Source: Torpedo marmorata (taxonomy: Eukaryota). From it: a stretch of 64,000 nucleotides of DNA. Positions within the stretch are counted from its first letter, which is position 1, and every line of letters begins with the position of its first letter. The position numbers and the translations under genes were made by a program. Positions 51,429 to 63,429 of the stretch are shown one piece after another. Under the pieces are notes generated by a model that was given only the letters and a program-made list of their open reading frames with translations, made no database searches and had not been told where the DNA came from. Location of the stretch: assembly GCA_977017645.1 (NCBI GenBank), contig OZ360252.1, forward strand, positions 15,500,001 through 15,564,000, in the 5' to 3' direction.

Positions 51429-53279
51429 TAGAATTAATGCAAATTCTTCCAGCATCCACCCCCTCGCCAATCGCCTGAAATGAGCCGTGCACGCAGTAGA
51501 TACCAAGTGCCATTTTAAAGTGGTCATAAAGACCATCCCACCTCTTCTTGGTTCTCCAGTTTCCTCCCACGTGAGTAATTTAACAGTAAATTGTTAGTGA
51601 GTAGTAGAATGTAGGGGTAATAATGCGAACTTTAGGAGAATAATGAGTGTGTGATCAGTGTAAATTAATATTTGATTGTAGGCGCAGACAATAGGCAAAA
51701 AATCTATGTCTATTCTACATGACTCGTTTCTGTGTGTTTTATGCAGAATGGCAGAAAGCCTGTCAATTCATATCTAGTTGACAATTGCAAAGTATGAAAA
51801 CAAATCCGTTTGGATGAAAGTAGTTCTCCTTTCGGGTTTCGCAACTAGAGTTTAATTCTGTTGATAATCTACTTTAATAATTCATGTTTTTTTCTGATTT
51901 GATGAACTATTTTCAAAAATATCGATGGAAACTGAATTGTAGAATTCACACGCTTTTGGCATTGCAATGTAGATTATTAATGGAAACGTATACCCAAACA
52001 TTTTACATATCTGAATGATGGATGTGCCCTTTTTTATAACAATAAAGTAATATTATAGATTAACACCAACAAATGCAAAAAGACAGAACGAAAGTAAAGA
52101 TAGGCATTAATGGTTGACCAGAATGCGGAGCAAGTGGAAGCGTGCTGGACAGACTCCACTTATATCATTGGACACTGCAAAATATTTTGCATAAAACCTT
52201 GGGAAATAGTTTTCCAACCACCTTATTCTTTCTGAATTTGGTAGTGTTGGCAAGATCAGTTTTTATTCATCACACCTACTTCTTCTTGAGAATGTGGTGG
52301 CGAGTTTTTTTTCTGCGTGTTCGATGACGTATTTGAATAAGTTATATTTTGTTTCAATTTCGAGAAAAGGCTTAGGAGTTATATGCACTTAATGTATTTC
52401 CGAAACTAAAGCACTTTTTTTTATAAAGCAGCAGAATTAATTGAATTGAACCTTTATTATCTGAGTGTCAAAGAGAAAAGGCATCTTCCTCTGAAGTAAA
52501 ACTGTTATACTTTCCATTCAAGGTTATTTCTGAACTTCAGGAACGTATTTTTATTGTAGTGGCAACCTGAGAGTGTCCGTCCACTGTGTAATCTGAAAAT
52601 TTATATTATTTCAATACTTGGAATACGGGAATTTCCGTCTATTGTTATCTAAAGAGCAACTTCTCCAACAAGAAGCAGGAGACAACAATTCTCAAGGCAG
52701 GACTGGAGTTACACTGATGGCACACAGTTTATTGAAGCTATTAATGTGCTCGGTGGGACATAGTTGGAAACGTGTTTTTTTATAATAAGTTGAATCGAAC
52801 ACTTTATTTGAAGGTTACAATGACAGACATGAATGAGCTCGTTATTTTAAAACCTTGCATCAGCTGGCATATTCTACAGATTATACATTAATTACCCTGA
52901 TTGTGGAAAATTATTTTATAATTTAAAAATATCAAAACAATAACAGTGCTCATGAAAGTTCTCGTCCATATATATTGTTCTCGCATTGAGCTCCCGAGCA
53001 ATCAAAGTGGTTGCTGTTTTCGTATATCGTGGATTTTCATGCATTTTCTTTATTTAGGAAAAATGATGAGCAAATCAAATGCACAATTCGATCTGAAACA
53101 TAAATGACGTTACTTAAATTTTTACATATACAATGTGAGTGTTCAATGGTTACTGAACATCACGCATACTTATTGCATGGCTGTAAAGAAAGGCGTCACA
53201 ATATCGACAGACCATTAACTAGTGACAGTCGGATGCCTTAAGCATCTATATATGGATATCAAAAAGATTTACTAAGGGT

Positions 53280-55915
53280 AAATTCGATGCGACGTAGCGG
53301 GAGGGGTGAAAGGGGGAGCAGTGGCATTGCTCGTCAGACAAAATATCATAGCTGTTCTGAGACAGGACACACCAGAGGGCTCGACTACTGAGGCGATATG
53401 GGTGGAGCTGAGGAACGGGAAAGGTATGACCACATTCATGGGTTATTTTATAGACAACCCAATAGTCAGCGAGATTTGGCGGAGCAAGTCTCGAGAGAGA
53501 TAGCAGACAGCTGCAGGAAATTTAAAGTTGTGATTGTACGAGATTTTAACTTTCCACATATTCCCATACTTTAAAAGGACTGAATGGCTTAGATCTCGTC
53601 ATATTTGTTCAGTAAACATATTCAAATCAAAATATAGAGGTACCAACCGGAGAGAGTGCAATATTGGATCTCCAATTAGCGAAGGAGACAGGATAGTTGA
53701 CAAAAGTATCTATAGGGGAACATTTGGGTCCAACGATCATAATGCCATTAGTTTCATGTAACTTATGGATAAGGTTAGAACTGGCCCTGGGGTTTACATT
53801 CTAAAGTGGAGAAAGTCCAATTTGAGGAAATGACAAAGGATCTAGAAAGCGTGTATTTGGATAAGTTGTTTTCTCCAAGGATGTGTTTGATCAGTGGAAG
53901 GCCTTCAAAGGTGAAATTTTGAGAGTACAGAGTTTATAGGTTGCTCTCAGGATTAAATAAAACATGTTAACAGGCATAGGGAACCTTGGTTTTCGAGGGA
54001 TATTGGGGATCTTGTTAAGAAGAAGAGAGAGGCTGAGAGAAGGTATGGGCAACAAGGAAAAAATGAGCTACTTTTGGAGTATACAAAATGCAAGAAAAAT
54101 CTTAAAGAAATCAGGACGGCAAAAAGAAGACATAAAGTTTCTTTGGCAGATAATGTGAAGGAAAATCCTCAGGGTTTTCACAGGTATATTAAAAGCAAAA
54201 TTATAGTGAGGGACACAATTTTTCCCCTTGAAGATCAGAGTTTTATGAATGCTATGCATGGATCCAAAATAGATGGAAGATGGTAGTGTGGTCATGGAAA
54301 CTATACATATTAATGAGGAAGCTGTGCTTGCTGTTTTAACGCAAATAAGGGAGGATAAACCCCCAGGGCCTGACAAGATATTCTCTCGGAACTTGAGGGA
54401 GGCTAGCGTAGAAAGTTCAGGAGCCCTGGCAGAAATATTTAAAATGTCCTTTACCGCAGGTGAGGTGCCACAGGATTGGAGGGTAGCTCATGTTGTTCCA
54501 ATGTTTTAAAAAGGCTCCAAATGTAACCTTGGAAATGATAGGCCGCTGGGACTGCAGTCAGTTGTTGGTAAATTATTGGAAGTGTCCTAAGGGATCGGAG
54601 ATACAAGTACTTGGATAGCCAGGGACTGATTGGGGATAGTCAACATTGCTTTATCCCTCGTTTGTCGTGTTTAACCAATCTTTTAGAACTTTTAGAGGCA
54701 GTTACACCGAACGGCGATGAAGGAAAGACTGCGGATGTTGCCTACATGGACTTTAGTAAGGCCTTTGACAAGGTTCATCATGGAAGGTTAGTCAACATGG
54801 TTCAGACGCGCGGTATCCATGGTGAGGTAGAAAACCTGATTTGGCATTGGCTGTACGGGAGAAGCCAGAGTGTCGGAGTGAATGATTGCTTTTCAGACTC
54901 GAGGTCTGTGACTAGTGGTGTGCCTCAGGGGTCAGTGCCGGGACCATTGTTGTTTGTCATCTATATCAATGATCTGGATGAGAATGTGGTAAACTGGATC
55001 AGCAAGTTTGAACATAACACAAAGATTCGAGGCGTTGTGGACAGCGAGGAAGGCTTTCAAAGCTTGCAGATGGTTCTGGACCAGCTGGAAAAATGGGCTG
55101 AAAATTGAAGATGTAATCTACTGCCGACAAATATGAGGTGTTTCATTTCGGAAGGACAAACCAAGGTAGTTCACACATGGTAAATGTTAGGGCACTGAAT
55201 AGTTAGGTAGAACAGAGGGATCTGGGAATTCAGATACATAATTCCCTGAAAGTGGAGTCACAGGTAGATAGGGTTGTAAAGAGAGTTTGGCATATTGATC
55301 TTCATAAATCAAAGTTTTGAATTTCGGTGTTGCGATGTTAAAGTTGTATAAGACATTGGTGAGGCTAAGTTTGGAATATTTTGTGCGTTTTGGTCACCTG
55401 ACTACAGGAACGATTTTAATAAGTTTGAAAGAGTGCACGAACGATTTAGTAGGATGTTGCCCTGATTTCAGTAACTAATTTACAGGGAAAGATGAAACTG
55501 GTTGGGACTTTATTTTCTGGAGCGAAGAAACTTGGGGGAGAAATGATAGAGGTGTACAATATTATGAGGGATAAAGATATAGAAAATTCAGGTAGGCTTT
55601 TTCTACTGAGGTTAGGTGAGATACAAACGAGAGCACATGGATTAAGGGTGAAAGCAGAAAGGTTTCGGGAGAATATTAGGGGGAACCTTTTTTCATACAG
55701 AGAGCAGTGGGACTTTGGAACGAACTGCCAGCTGCAGTGGTGAATGAAGGCTCGATTTTCACATTTAAGAAACATTTGGACAGGTACATGGATGGGAGAT
55801 GTATGGAGGGCTCTGGACTAAGTGCAGGTCAGCGGACTCGGCAGAATAGTAGTTCGGCGCAGTCTAGAAGGGCCGAACGGCCTTTCGTCTGAGCTATAAT
55901 GTTCTCAGGTTCTGT
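53280..55915 (+). mobile_element. CR1-clade LINE, most of ORF2 (EN plus RT), degenerate
   Basis: GGAVALLV, EAIWVELRN, GSNDHN, PGPD, VPQDWRVAHVVP, YMDFSKAFDKV, SGVPQGSV.GPLLFVIYINDLD, TRAHGL; many stops and frameshifts. Confidence 0.92.
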
Positions 55916-57235
55916 GGTAAATTCTAATACATGTTTACTCCATATAATTCGATTTTAATCGTTTGTCAACTTCACCAGTACTTCACATGACCAGTACAAA
56001 GACGAGTTGCATCAAACTCATAGGGGAAAATATCAAAACAAATCAGTAGCCCTCGTTGTGATAATACGACGTGTAAAAAACTGTATGTTCATCTTGATGG
56101 AAAGCTGAAAGCAATGTTCAATCCTGTGTTCAGTTCTCCTTTCTTTAAGCCTGTTGTTATAAGAAGGCATCCGGAACTTTATGCTGGATTTACCTGCAAA
56201 TAATGCAAAGACAACACACTCACCCCGGGAGAATGGAGACTAGCATGACATACCTGCTTGCAGTGTTGAGAATATTTCCCTGCAATTCACTTTATCTTTA
56301 ATTGCGAAACCATGGTGCAATGTCTCTGAATATATGAGAGTAATTAAATGGGACGAATAAGGCGGGCCATGAAAGCGAAATTAAAGATAATGTGAAACAG
56401 TGTTTTCTTTCAATTACTAATGAGTTGGATTTTCTCCCTGATGAGGTTTTATTGTAATTAATCATCTCTGAAATGTGAAAACAATGTAGATTATACAGAA
56501 TATAAATTACTGTTTCGGTCTAATTCATCTGTATTTACCGACATGCTCATCATTTCACCCATATCCTACCATTCTTTTCCATTCCGTTTAAACATCTTTA
56601 TCGCTTAAATTATTCCTGCCTCTTCCACCTCCCGTGGCAATTTGTTCCGCTCGCCAACAAACCTCTGAATATGAGCGTGACAATCTAACATATCCATTTG
56701 CTCTATAAATGAATGATCCTCCTTAAAGTCACCCGTCACCCTCCTGCGCCCCACTGACAACAATGACTGACGATCAGAGCCCCACCATTCTCACCATGTG
56801 ACTGAATTCATCTGGCTCAGTGGAAGCTTCCAGGTGATTGTGCGTCAATATCTCTAAAACTCCTACTTTCCTGATACACACATGTTGCAGATCAGGGGCG
56901 TACACCTTCCTTGAACCCCCATCTCCCCATCACGACCCATGGTGAATACTGGCGCCAATTTGTCATTCAGGACACCACACCTGCGTTACCACACAGACTT
57001 CCATTTGGGTGCCGAAGGGGACCTGGCTATCCTTTTCCTTTAAACATATTTATCAGTAAGTTTCGGAATCATTTATTAATTTAGCTGACCTGGGGACATA
57101 TTGTGCCCTCTTTTGGCTTTCATATGCACGCTCTGATGATCTCTTCTCATCCACTATAAACTTCAAAGAACTCGTTTGATAACAATCTGCTGCACCTGTC
57201 TGACGTTCCCTTCCTTCCCTGAAAACAAGAATTTC

Positions 57236-57241
57236 TTTATT
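57236..57241 (-). promoter_or_regulatory. Candidate polyadenylation signal of gene B
   Basis: AATAAA on the minus strand ~140 bp after the stop codon. Confidence 0.45.
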
Positions 57242-57379
57242 TTTCCCCTTGAATCTTACTATTCTCCTTCTTACACTTACTTGCTCTTTGCTTTGTGTTC
57301 CATCCGGAACTGGTGTATCTGCAATCTCTCACCTTGAATGGAAGCGTTTTGCTTACCATCCTCCAAGAGAAGCTGTGAA

Positions 57380-57492
57380 CTATGGAACCGGACCGTCCTC
57401 TCCTGGAGGCGCTGACAAGGCGGGATGTGTGAACTTCTCACTGTGAGGATTATCACTGACGTTTGCCGACCACGAAACAGGGAAATCGGGAT
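57380..57492 (-). CDS. Gene B terminal coding exon
   Basis: TCTCTCTCACAG| acceptor, phase 1: DPDFPVSWSANVSDNPHSEKFTHPALSAPPGEDGPVP*. Confidence 0.7.
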
Positions 57493-58041
57493 CTGTGAGA
57501 GAGAATTCTGAAATATACTGTTGATAAAGTTGAATGTTGCCCCCAGGGCAAAAATAATCAAGGTCGAGGGAGAGAAAACAGGAAAGCGGACTTGAAGCCA
57601 TATCATCAGTAATGATAGGTTTGAATGTTGACAGAGGATTGAGGGGCTGAATGGCCTAAAGCAGCGCGTTCTTTCCATGATGTCAATGATTGTGAAAGCA
57701 CATTTGACACCATTACACAGCGAGTATGATCCAATTTCTGACTTAGGAGGGCATTGCAACAATCGCCAGTAGGGATTTAATGCATCTCAGTGACGCGGAA
57801 GTGCCTTTTGTTGGGTGTCGGAGGCAAGACAGAGTTTATGGCTCCCACTGCCGTTCCTGTGCAAGTTTAACTTGCAGATTGACAGCCCAGGAGAAACACG
57901 AAATATTAGTTAGACACGTGGATCATACTGTACTATCAAATGTGTCCGAGTAAGACATGAAACTGCACTTTAATCAAAGAAAAGCAATGCTTTGCTTCAA
58001 AGACAACTGTTTAATGCGAGTCTAACTGAGACAGAACTCAC

Positions 58042-58173
58042 CAATGGTGTTGGTATCACCGTTGACAACCGTCAGCATGAGCGGATCATCAGCACCACTA
58101 CCCACGCGGAACTGACAGTCTTGGGAATCAATGGTTTTGCCCTCAGCGCGATCATAGTCTGCAGGATCCATAT
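58042..58173 (-). CDS. Gene B cytoplasmic exon 3
   Basis: TTCCTCCTAG| ... |GTGAGT, 132 bp: DMDPADYDRAEGKTIDSQDCQFRVGSGADDPLMLTVVNGDTNTI; conserved in the paralog at 42699-42830. Confidence 0.8.
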
Positions 58174-58618
58174 CTAGGAGGAAGTAAAGATTGTAAATGA
58201 CAAAACAAAGTGACATTCGTCCAAATGACTGTGGTGTAGCGAGCTATATTACGCCTGATTGCAAGGTTTTGTTTCTCGCGTGATGCACAGTTTGACGGAG
58301 AGAAAATATTGATCATCGTCCTGGATCTTCACGACTGAACCGCACAATTAGACTGCGTGCTCATTTAATATTTCAGTGCCTGTGAAGGACTCGGATTAAA
58401 CAAGCAATGGCAATTGTTTCTTTCCATTGCAGAACTGGCTGTACTCGAGACAATTGTTTTACATTCAAACTTGTTCACAAGCTACTTATAACACAAACCC
58501 ATTTTAAATATCGTTATATTCTCCGGTATTTCACGTCGTATATATCTGCATAGTTTCTGATCACAAACAGATTTATGTAAAATAAGATAAAGTGGAAAGC
58601 CAGAAAAAAGTGTCAAAC

Positions 58619-58729
58619 CATGAACACGGGAACTGTTCCCATGAGGATGTTCTGGCTCCAGAAAATCACTATCCGAAGGGTCGCTCGTGTAATATTCAAT
58701 TTGATTGATGAAATCAATGGAACCAGACG
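58619..58729 (-). CDS. Gene B cytoplasmic exon 2
   Basis: CTTCTAG| ... |GTTTGA, 111 bp: ASGSIDFINQIEYYTSDPSDSDFLEPEHPHGNSSRVH. Confidence 0.75.
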
Positions 58730-58904
58730 CTAGAAGTCAATAAAATTGACAGTTATTGTGGAGATTATTTTGGGCATTGAGGCAGAATTCATAAATGCTT
58801 TACTATGAAAATGACAGTATCGTGATATGCCACACGACACCATTGCGGAATACCATTCAATACAACAACCCAGCTTACTCATGAAGTGGACGATATTATT
58901 AGAA

Positions 58905-59110
58905 GGACTTTCCGGCCATTTAAACCCGTTAAGCCCAATTACACACAATTAACCTACAACCTCATACGTTTTGGAGTGTGAGACGAAACCGGATCACGGG
59001 AGAAAACCCACCCAGACACGGGGAGAACGTTCAAACTCCGACATACAGCTTCGGATTCGAACCCCGGCCCTGATCGCTGGCGCTGTAACAACGTTGCGCT
59101 AACCGCTAGC
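58905..59110 (-). mobile_element. V-SINE with tRNA-derived head
   Basis: A-box-like TAGCGGTTAGCG, B-box GGTTCGAATCC, V-domain GGAGTTTGAACGTTCTCCCCGTGTCTGGGTGGGTTTTCTCC. Confidence 0.8.
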
Positions 59111-59496
59111 TAAAATGAATAATTCGTGGTCAAGTCAGTTTAAAGATTCAGGGAATAAGGGCAGGGGTGCTGTAAGTGTTATATGGGTTGAATAGGTAAA
59201 TAAGGGGATGTCTTCAAACGGGTAAAAAAAATAGAGTGAGTGATGATACAAAATGAGACTGAGTTGTAAAGGTTTATAAATAGCAGGCGGGCACCGCCCG
59301 GGAACGCATGCGTCAGTTCTGGGTTCCAGTCAAACTTCTTAAATGTGAAATAAATTTCTCTTCAAACGCGAGATGGCCTCCAGTTTCCAGCCACTTCACT
59401 TTTTGTTTTCAAATGTCATTCCTTCCGACTTGTGGATGACAGATGTAAGGGCGATATTTGTCATTTGAAGAGTGGATGGCAAATGCAAATACACAC

Positions 59497-59604
59497 CTGA
59501 ACCCTGTGGATGACTGAAATTCTTGTCAGGCAGAGTGTTCTCAATCTCTTCATAAATTGCTTGGTAAAAGGCAACGGATGAGCCTCTGCCCCTCATCACT
59601 GCAC
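59497..59604 (-). CDS. Gene B cytoplasmic exon 1 with YEEI motif
   Basis: CCACAG| ... |GTGTGT, 108 bp: GAVMRGRGSSVAFYQAIYEEIENTLPDKNFSHPQGS. Confidence 0.85.
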
Positions 59605-59731
59605 CTGTGGATGTGAGGCAGAAGTTTATTCTCTGTTACGCAGATAAACTTTAGGAATGTGCCACAAAGTGAAGTTTGAATAAAATATGACCCATAGCGT
59701 ATTAGAATGCACCGTGAACTATGAAACTCAC

Positions 59732-59842
59732 CTCGTCTCCGCGACCTTCTCTGTACTATCGTCATCAGCGCGATTAGCTCAGCGAGGAGGAGGACCCCAA
59801 GGGTGATGCATGCGGCAACCATGATTGAGGGTGTCTTGTATC
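59732..59842 (-). CDS. Gene B transmembrane exon
   Basis: GTTAG| ... |GTGAGT, 111 bp: GYKTPSIMVAACITLGVLLLAELIALMTIVQRRSRRR (hydrophobic helix plus basic stop-transfer). Confidence 0.85.
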
Positions 59843-61335
59843 CTAACCATAAGATTTACATGAAGTAGACCACAAATTAACAGAAGGATTCACAATGCGC
59901 TTCTTTACACATTTGTAGACAATGTTTATGAAGGTTAAGCACTGATCGTTCATTCTGATCCCTATCGATGTTGCCACTGCACAAACGTGCTGGAGAAACT
60001 CAGCAGGTCACACAGTATCCATAGGAAGTATAAGGTAACCAACGTTTCGGGACTGGGCCCTTTGTCCGGTATAACCTGTTGAGTTTCTCCAGCAGTTTTA
60101 TGTATTGCACACGACAACAGCATCCGCAGAATTTCTGGATTTACGATTTTTCAAATAGATTTTGTGTGCATTGCACCAGATGAATGAGTGGGCGGTTACG
60201 AATTCCGAGACTGTTTTCTAAACAGGCCTCATTGTTGGCAACATCCGTTGGAATGGTTAGCATTGTGTCCAGGACGCATGATAACGTGTGCCACCAGGAT
60301 AAACATGGCGAAATTAATTTGTTTTTGAATGCCACCGAACGACCCTAGCTTTGGGACTGTATCTGTTCCCATAATTTTGGTAATTTCCGTGACACCAGCA
60401 AGAGGCAGGGTCTGCAAACAGCCTAGGAATTCCCAATTATCAATGGCGCGAATGGATAGAATTATGTTCACGCAAGACTGGGCCTGGCATTTATTTTCAG
60501 GGAGGAAAGTGACACATCAACCTCACCCTTGGCTCTGTACCTATCACCATTGCACAGTGGTTATAGAGACAAACGATCCTCTCTGTGGTGCTATGCGGAG
60601 TAGCAAAGGATAACTCAGATACAAGATACACACTCCGCACGGATGTCACCCTGTATGTATTCAAGACATTAATTCGTGCAAGGAAAAGCAGTCCCTAAGT
60701 AGTCAATAGATTCTCATCAAATGCACGCTTGTTCGGTCGCTGTTAAAGATGGAAAAGGCAGTATCCTAGCTCATGAAGGCGATGTCGACAGTATCGAGAA
60801 CAATGCCCCAATCACGAGAACGTTCTCTAAATTTACGGATCAGAACTCGGCACGTGGGAGCATTACCACCGACCAAAATCTGTTCCTCACGAAGTGTCTT
60901 GATTGCAAGATGTGTTAGGAATACAAAGATGTTCTGGACGCACTACTCAAAGCACCACACAGTTTCTGCTCTTTGAAGGACACCCGCGATTCATTAAGGC
61001 TGTTGAAGAGCGGCTGTCCCGCTGCCGTTACCCGCGATGACCTCTCTACCGATATATTTGGCTGGAGGTGGGAGATCCTGGTTTCAGCGACTGTAATATG
61101 TCCTGGGTAAAGTGGCGAGTAAACACAGCGAGAAGCATCCTCAAAATTCTACTGCCTTGTGCTAATTTAACAATGAATATCAACGGTTCTTATTGCTCTG
61201 TTCTTATCAACGTTCTTACCAACGAGCAATTACATACTGTTCTTATTAAGTCGTGAATATCATCTTATTCAGAAAAAAAATCTATTAATTTTGCTGCAAG
61301 CTAAAATTGCCAGAATATATATTTGTAATAAATAC

Positions 61336-61371
61336 CTGAATCGTTGGAACCAGCAGCCGACAAAATGGGAT
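61336..61371 (-). CDS. Gene B short stalk exon (36 bp)
   Basis: CCACAG| ... |GTATTT, phase 1-1: DPILSAAGSNDS; weak pyrimidine tract. Confidence 0.55.
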
Positions 61372-61488
61372 CTGTGGATATTATTGAATCGTCATTTCAG
61401 AGACTTCATTCAGTTAGGTTTAAAAAAATAAATTACGACATTAAGGAATCGGTTGAAGAGGTGATTGAAACTGTACAAAGACACGTAC

Positions 61489-61800
61489 CAGAACAAAAAA
61501 CAATGACGTCTTCCTTATGGTCACAGTCGTGTTGGTTGAGTTGTGAGGAGCGACAGCTGGAGAGAAGGGATTCACTTCCTGTGCATTTCACTTCATCCAA
61601 CCAGATGTCACCGTCGCCGTGCGGAATGATCGATTCTCCTGGAGTCCAACGAGCAGGGCCACAGCCCAACTGTCTGCAGACTACATCAGCGTCGTCCAGA
61701 TCCCAGGAGTCGTCACACACCGTGCCCGAACCATTATTCCACCGTATCTCCAACCTTCCGGAGCAACGGGTGCTGCCGCCAACCAGCTGTAGTGACAGTT
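61489..61800 (-). CDS. Gene B membrane-proximal SRCR exon, 8 Cys
   Basis: CTTCTCAG| ... |GTACGT, 312 bp: ELSLQLVGGSTRCSGRLEI...TVCDDSWDLDDADVVCRQLGCG...IWLDEVKCTGSE...HDCDHKEDVIVFCS. Confidence 0.93.
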
Positions 61801-61891
61801 CTGAGAAGAGCAGGAATAAAATAATATAAATGAATTTCAATTGAGAGACAGGTGAAATACATTTCACGTAATATTGGGTGCACTGAATCAC

Positions 61892-61960
61892 CTGCAGTTT
61901 CCGATTCTGATTCTTCATGGCAGACCTTTCCCCTGTCGGTTCCCTCCGGCACTTTGGGTT
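61892..61960 (-). CDS. Gene B inter-domain linker exon (69 bp)
   Basis: TCAACAG| ... |GTGATT, phase 1-1, flanked by 83- and 91-bp introns: EPKVPEGTDRGKVCHEESESETA. Confidence 0.7.
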
Positions 61961-62043
61961 CTGTTGACAAGAGGAACATGGTGCCGGATTTGTAAATCTA
62001 TGTTTAAAATGTCAGCCGCCGTTTCATGCCTCCCCAAATTTAC

Positions 62044-62361
62044 CTTCACAAGCAACGCCTGTATCGTCCTTGTGCTCACACTTGTGTTCTCCCCAAGGGG
62101 CTGATTGACATTGCCAGAGTGCGGACTCGTGCGATGTACATTCCAGATCATCGAGCCATATTTGCCCAGATCCTTCTCCATACTTCGTGGTATCAATTTC
62201 AAGTGATTTGCCGCGTCCACATTTTAATTGTTTATAGACCACATTTACAGCGTTCTGGTTTATGCTGTCGGAGCACACCGTTCCCCACGTCCCATTGTAC
62301 AGCACTTCCACTCTTCCTTCACATCGATGCGTTCCGTTCCTCAGACGCATTTCTTTGTGCT
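62044..62361 (-). CDS. Gene B SRCR exon, Cys3 replaced by Tyr
   Basis: TTGATAG| ... |GTAAAT, 318 bp: EHKEMRLRNGTHRCEGRVEVLYNGTWGTVCSD...VVYKQLKCG...IWLDDLEC...GVACE. Confidence 0.92.
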
Positions 62362-62909
62362 CTATCAATGAAAGAAGTTATGTACATTTTACCGCAATGT
62401 TTTCAAACCACCAGCAGGAAAGATCTGTTTTCACTTACAGAAAAACAAGGAATATAAACAGAAAATATTGAAAACACATCAGGAAGAGGCTAATGCTGAA
62501 AAGACGGGAGCGCGAATAGGCTGAATGTGGAGGTTTGGGGAATGAGTGTCGCGAATGTGCATGATTGTTCTGTCTTTGACCGTGATGCGGTGTTGAGAAC
62601 ATTTCCGATGATCAATGGCTTTTTGTCAGGGAATCGTTTTTCAGAATGTTGGATTCACTGTGCAGCATTTCCAAGGATTTCTCTCCTTCATGACTCACTC
62701 CGCTCCTCTGCAGAGCGCACCAACCAGTTCCGTCTGACCGCAGGTTATGCTACAACTGCAGGAGACGCGACACCATTGCTTTCGCACATTCTCCAGGGAC
62801 TCAAACAGTCCTTGCAGGTGAAAGGAGGATTCACTTGTACATCTTACAAACATTAAATTCCATTCCATGCCATAGAATTGTCCACGCTACATTTATTAAA
62901 CTATAGCGG

Positions 62910-63120
62910 AGCACCTTCATTCAGTTGAAAAGAGTGGTCCTGAGCCTATCGACCACTTCAAATAATTCGCCCACTTCCACTCCTTGTTTTCCATCAGTGA
63001 GATCCCGTGGTGATGCATGGAAGCTAAACACAACCTTTCGGAACAACATCATATCTTCCATCTGGACACGGCACACCCTTCCGGATTGGATAACATTGTC
63101 ACAATTTTTAAGCAAATCAA
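62910..63120 (+). mobile_element. Old Penelope EN fragment
   Basis: Remnant ...EQHHIFHLDT.HPSG.DN..F, matching EEQHLIFRLGTLQPDG.N. Confidence 0.55.
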
Positions 63121-63429
63121 ATTTTATTCCAATTACAATTTTCCATATCTGCCTTTTACCACGTCTGCTCATTTGTTTTCTCTCTTAATTTAACCTGTCG
63201 GGATCACCCGCAGCAACATATTACACAAACACAGAAAAATAATCTGAACCGCAAAGTTACGCAAACAATCACGTTCGTGGCCAGCCTATCCGAAATATTA
63301 ATTTCGTTCTTCCAAACCCACTCCCAGCTTTTCTGCATATCAAACATTGTGGTTTTCACTCCTTTGCGGCAGTGGCTTGGACCCGAAACGTGAAATCAGT
63401 CTCTATCCAAAATTTATTCTTGCACTGTT

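Noticed and set aside
51893-51945. SECIS-like ATGA...AAA...TGA downstream of the GPCR
   Set aside because: Only ~6 bp of helix II, a 3' arm that is too short and a poor helix I; not supportable without SECISearch.
57249-57446. Plus-strand ORF resembling a secreted peptide (MNLTILLLTLTCSLL)
   Set aside because: Starts at TTG and is antisense to gene B's last exon and 3' UTR.
59040-59110. tRNA-like A and B boxes
   Set aside because: Head of a V-SINE; no full cloverleaf.
60396-60422. Possible 27-bp stalk micro-exon (GCLQTLPLA) in gene B
   Set aside because: Weak donor and altered spacing in the paralog; needs RNA evidence.
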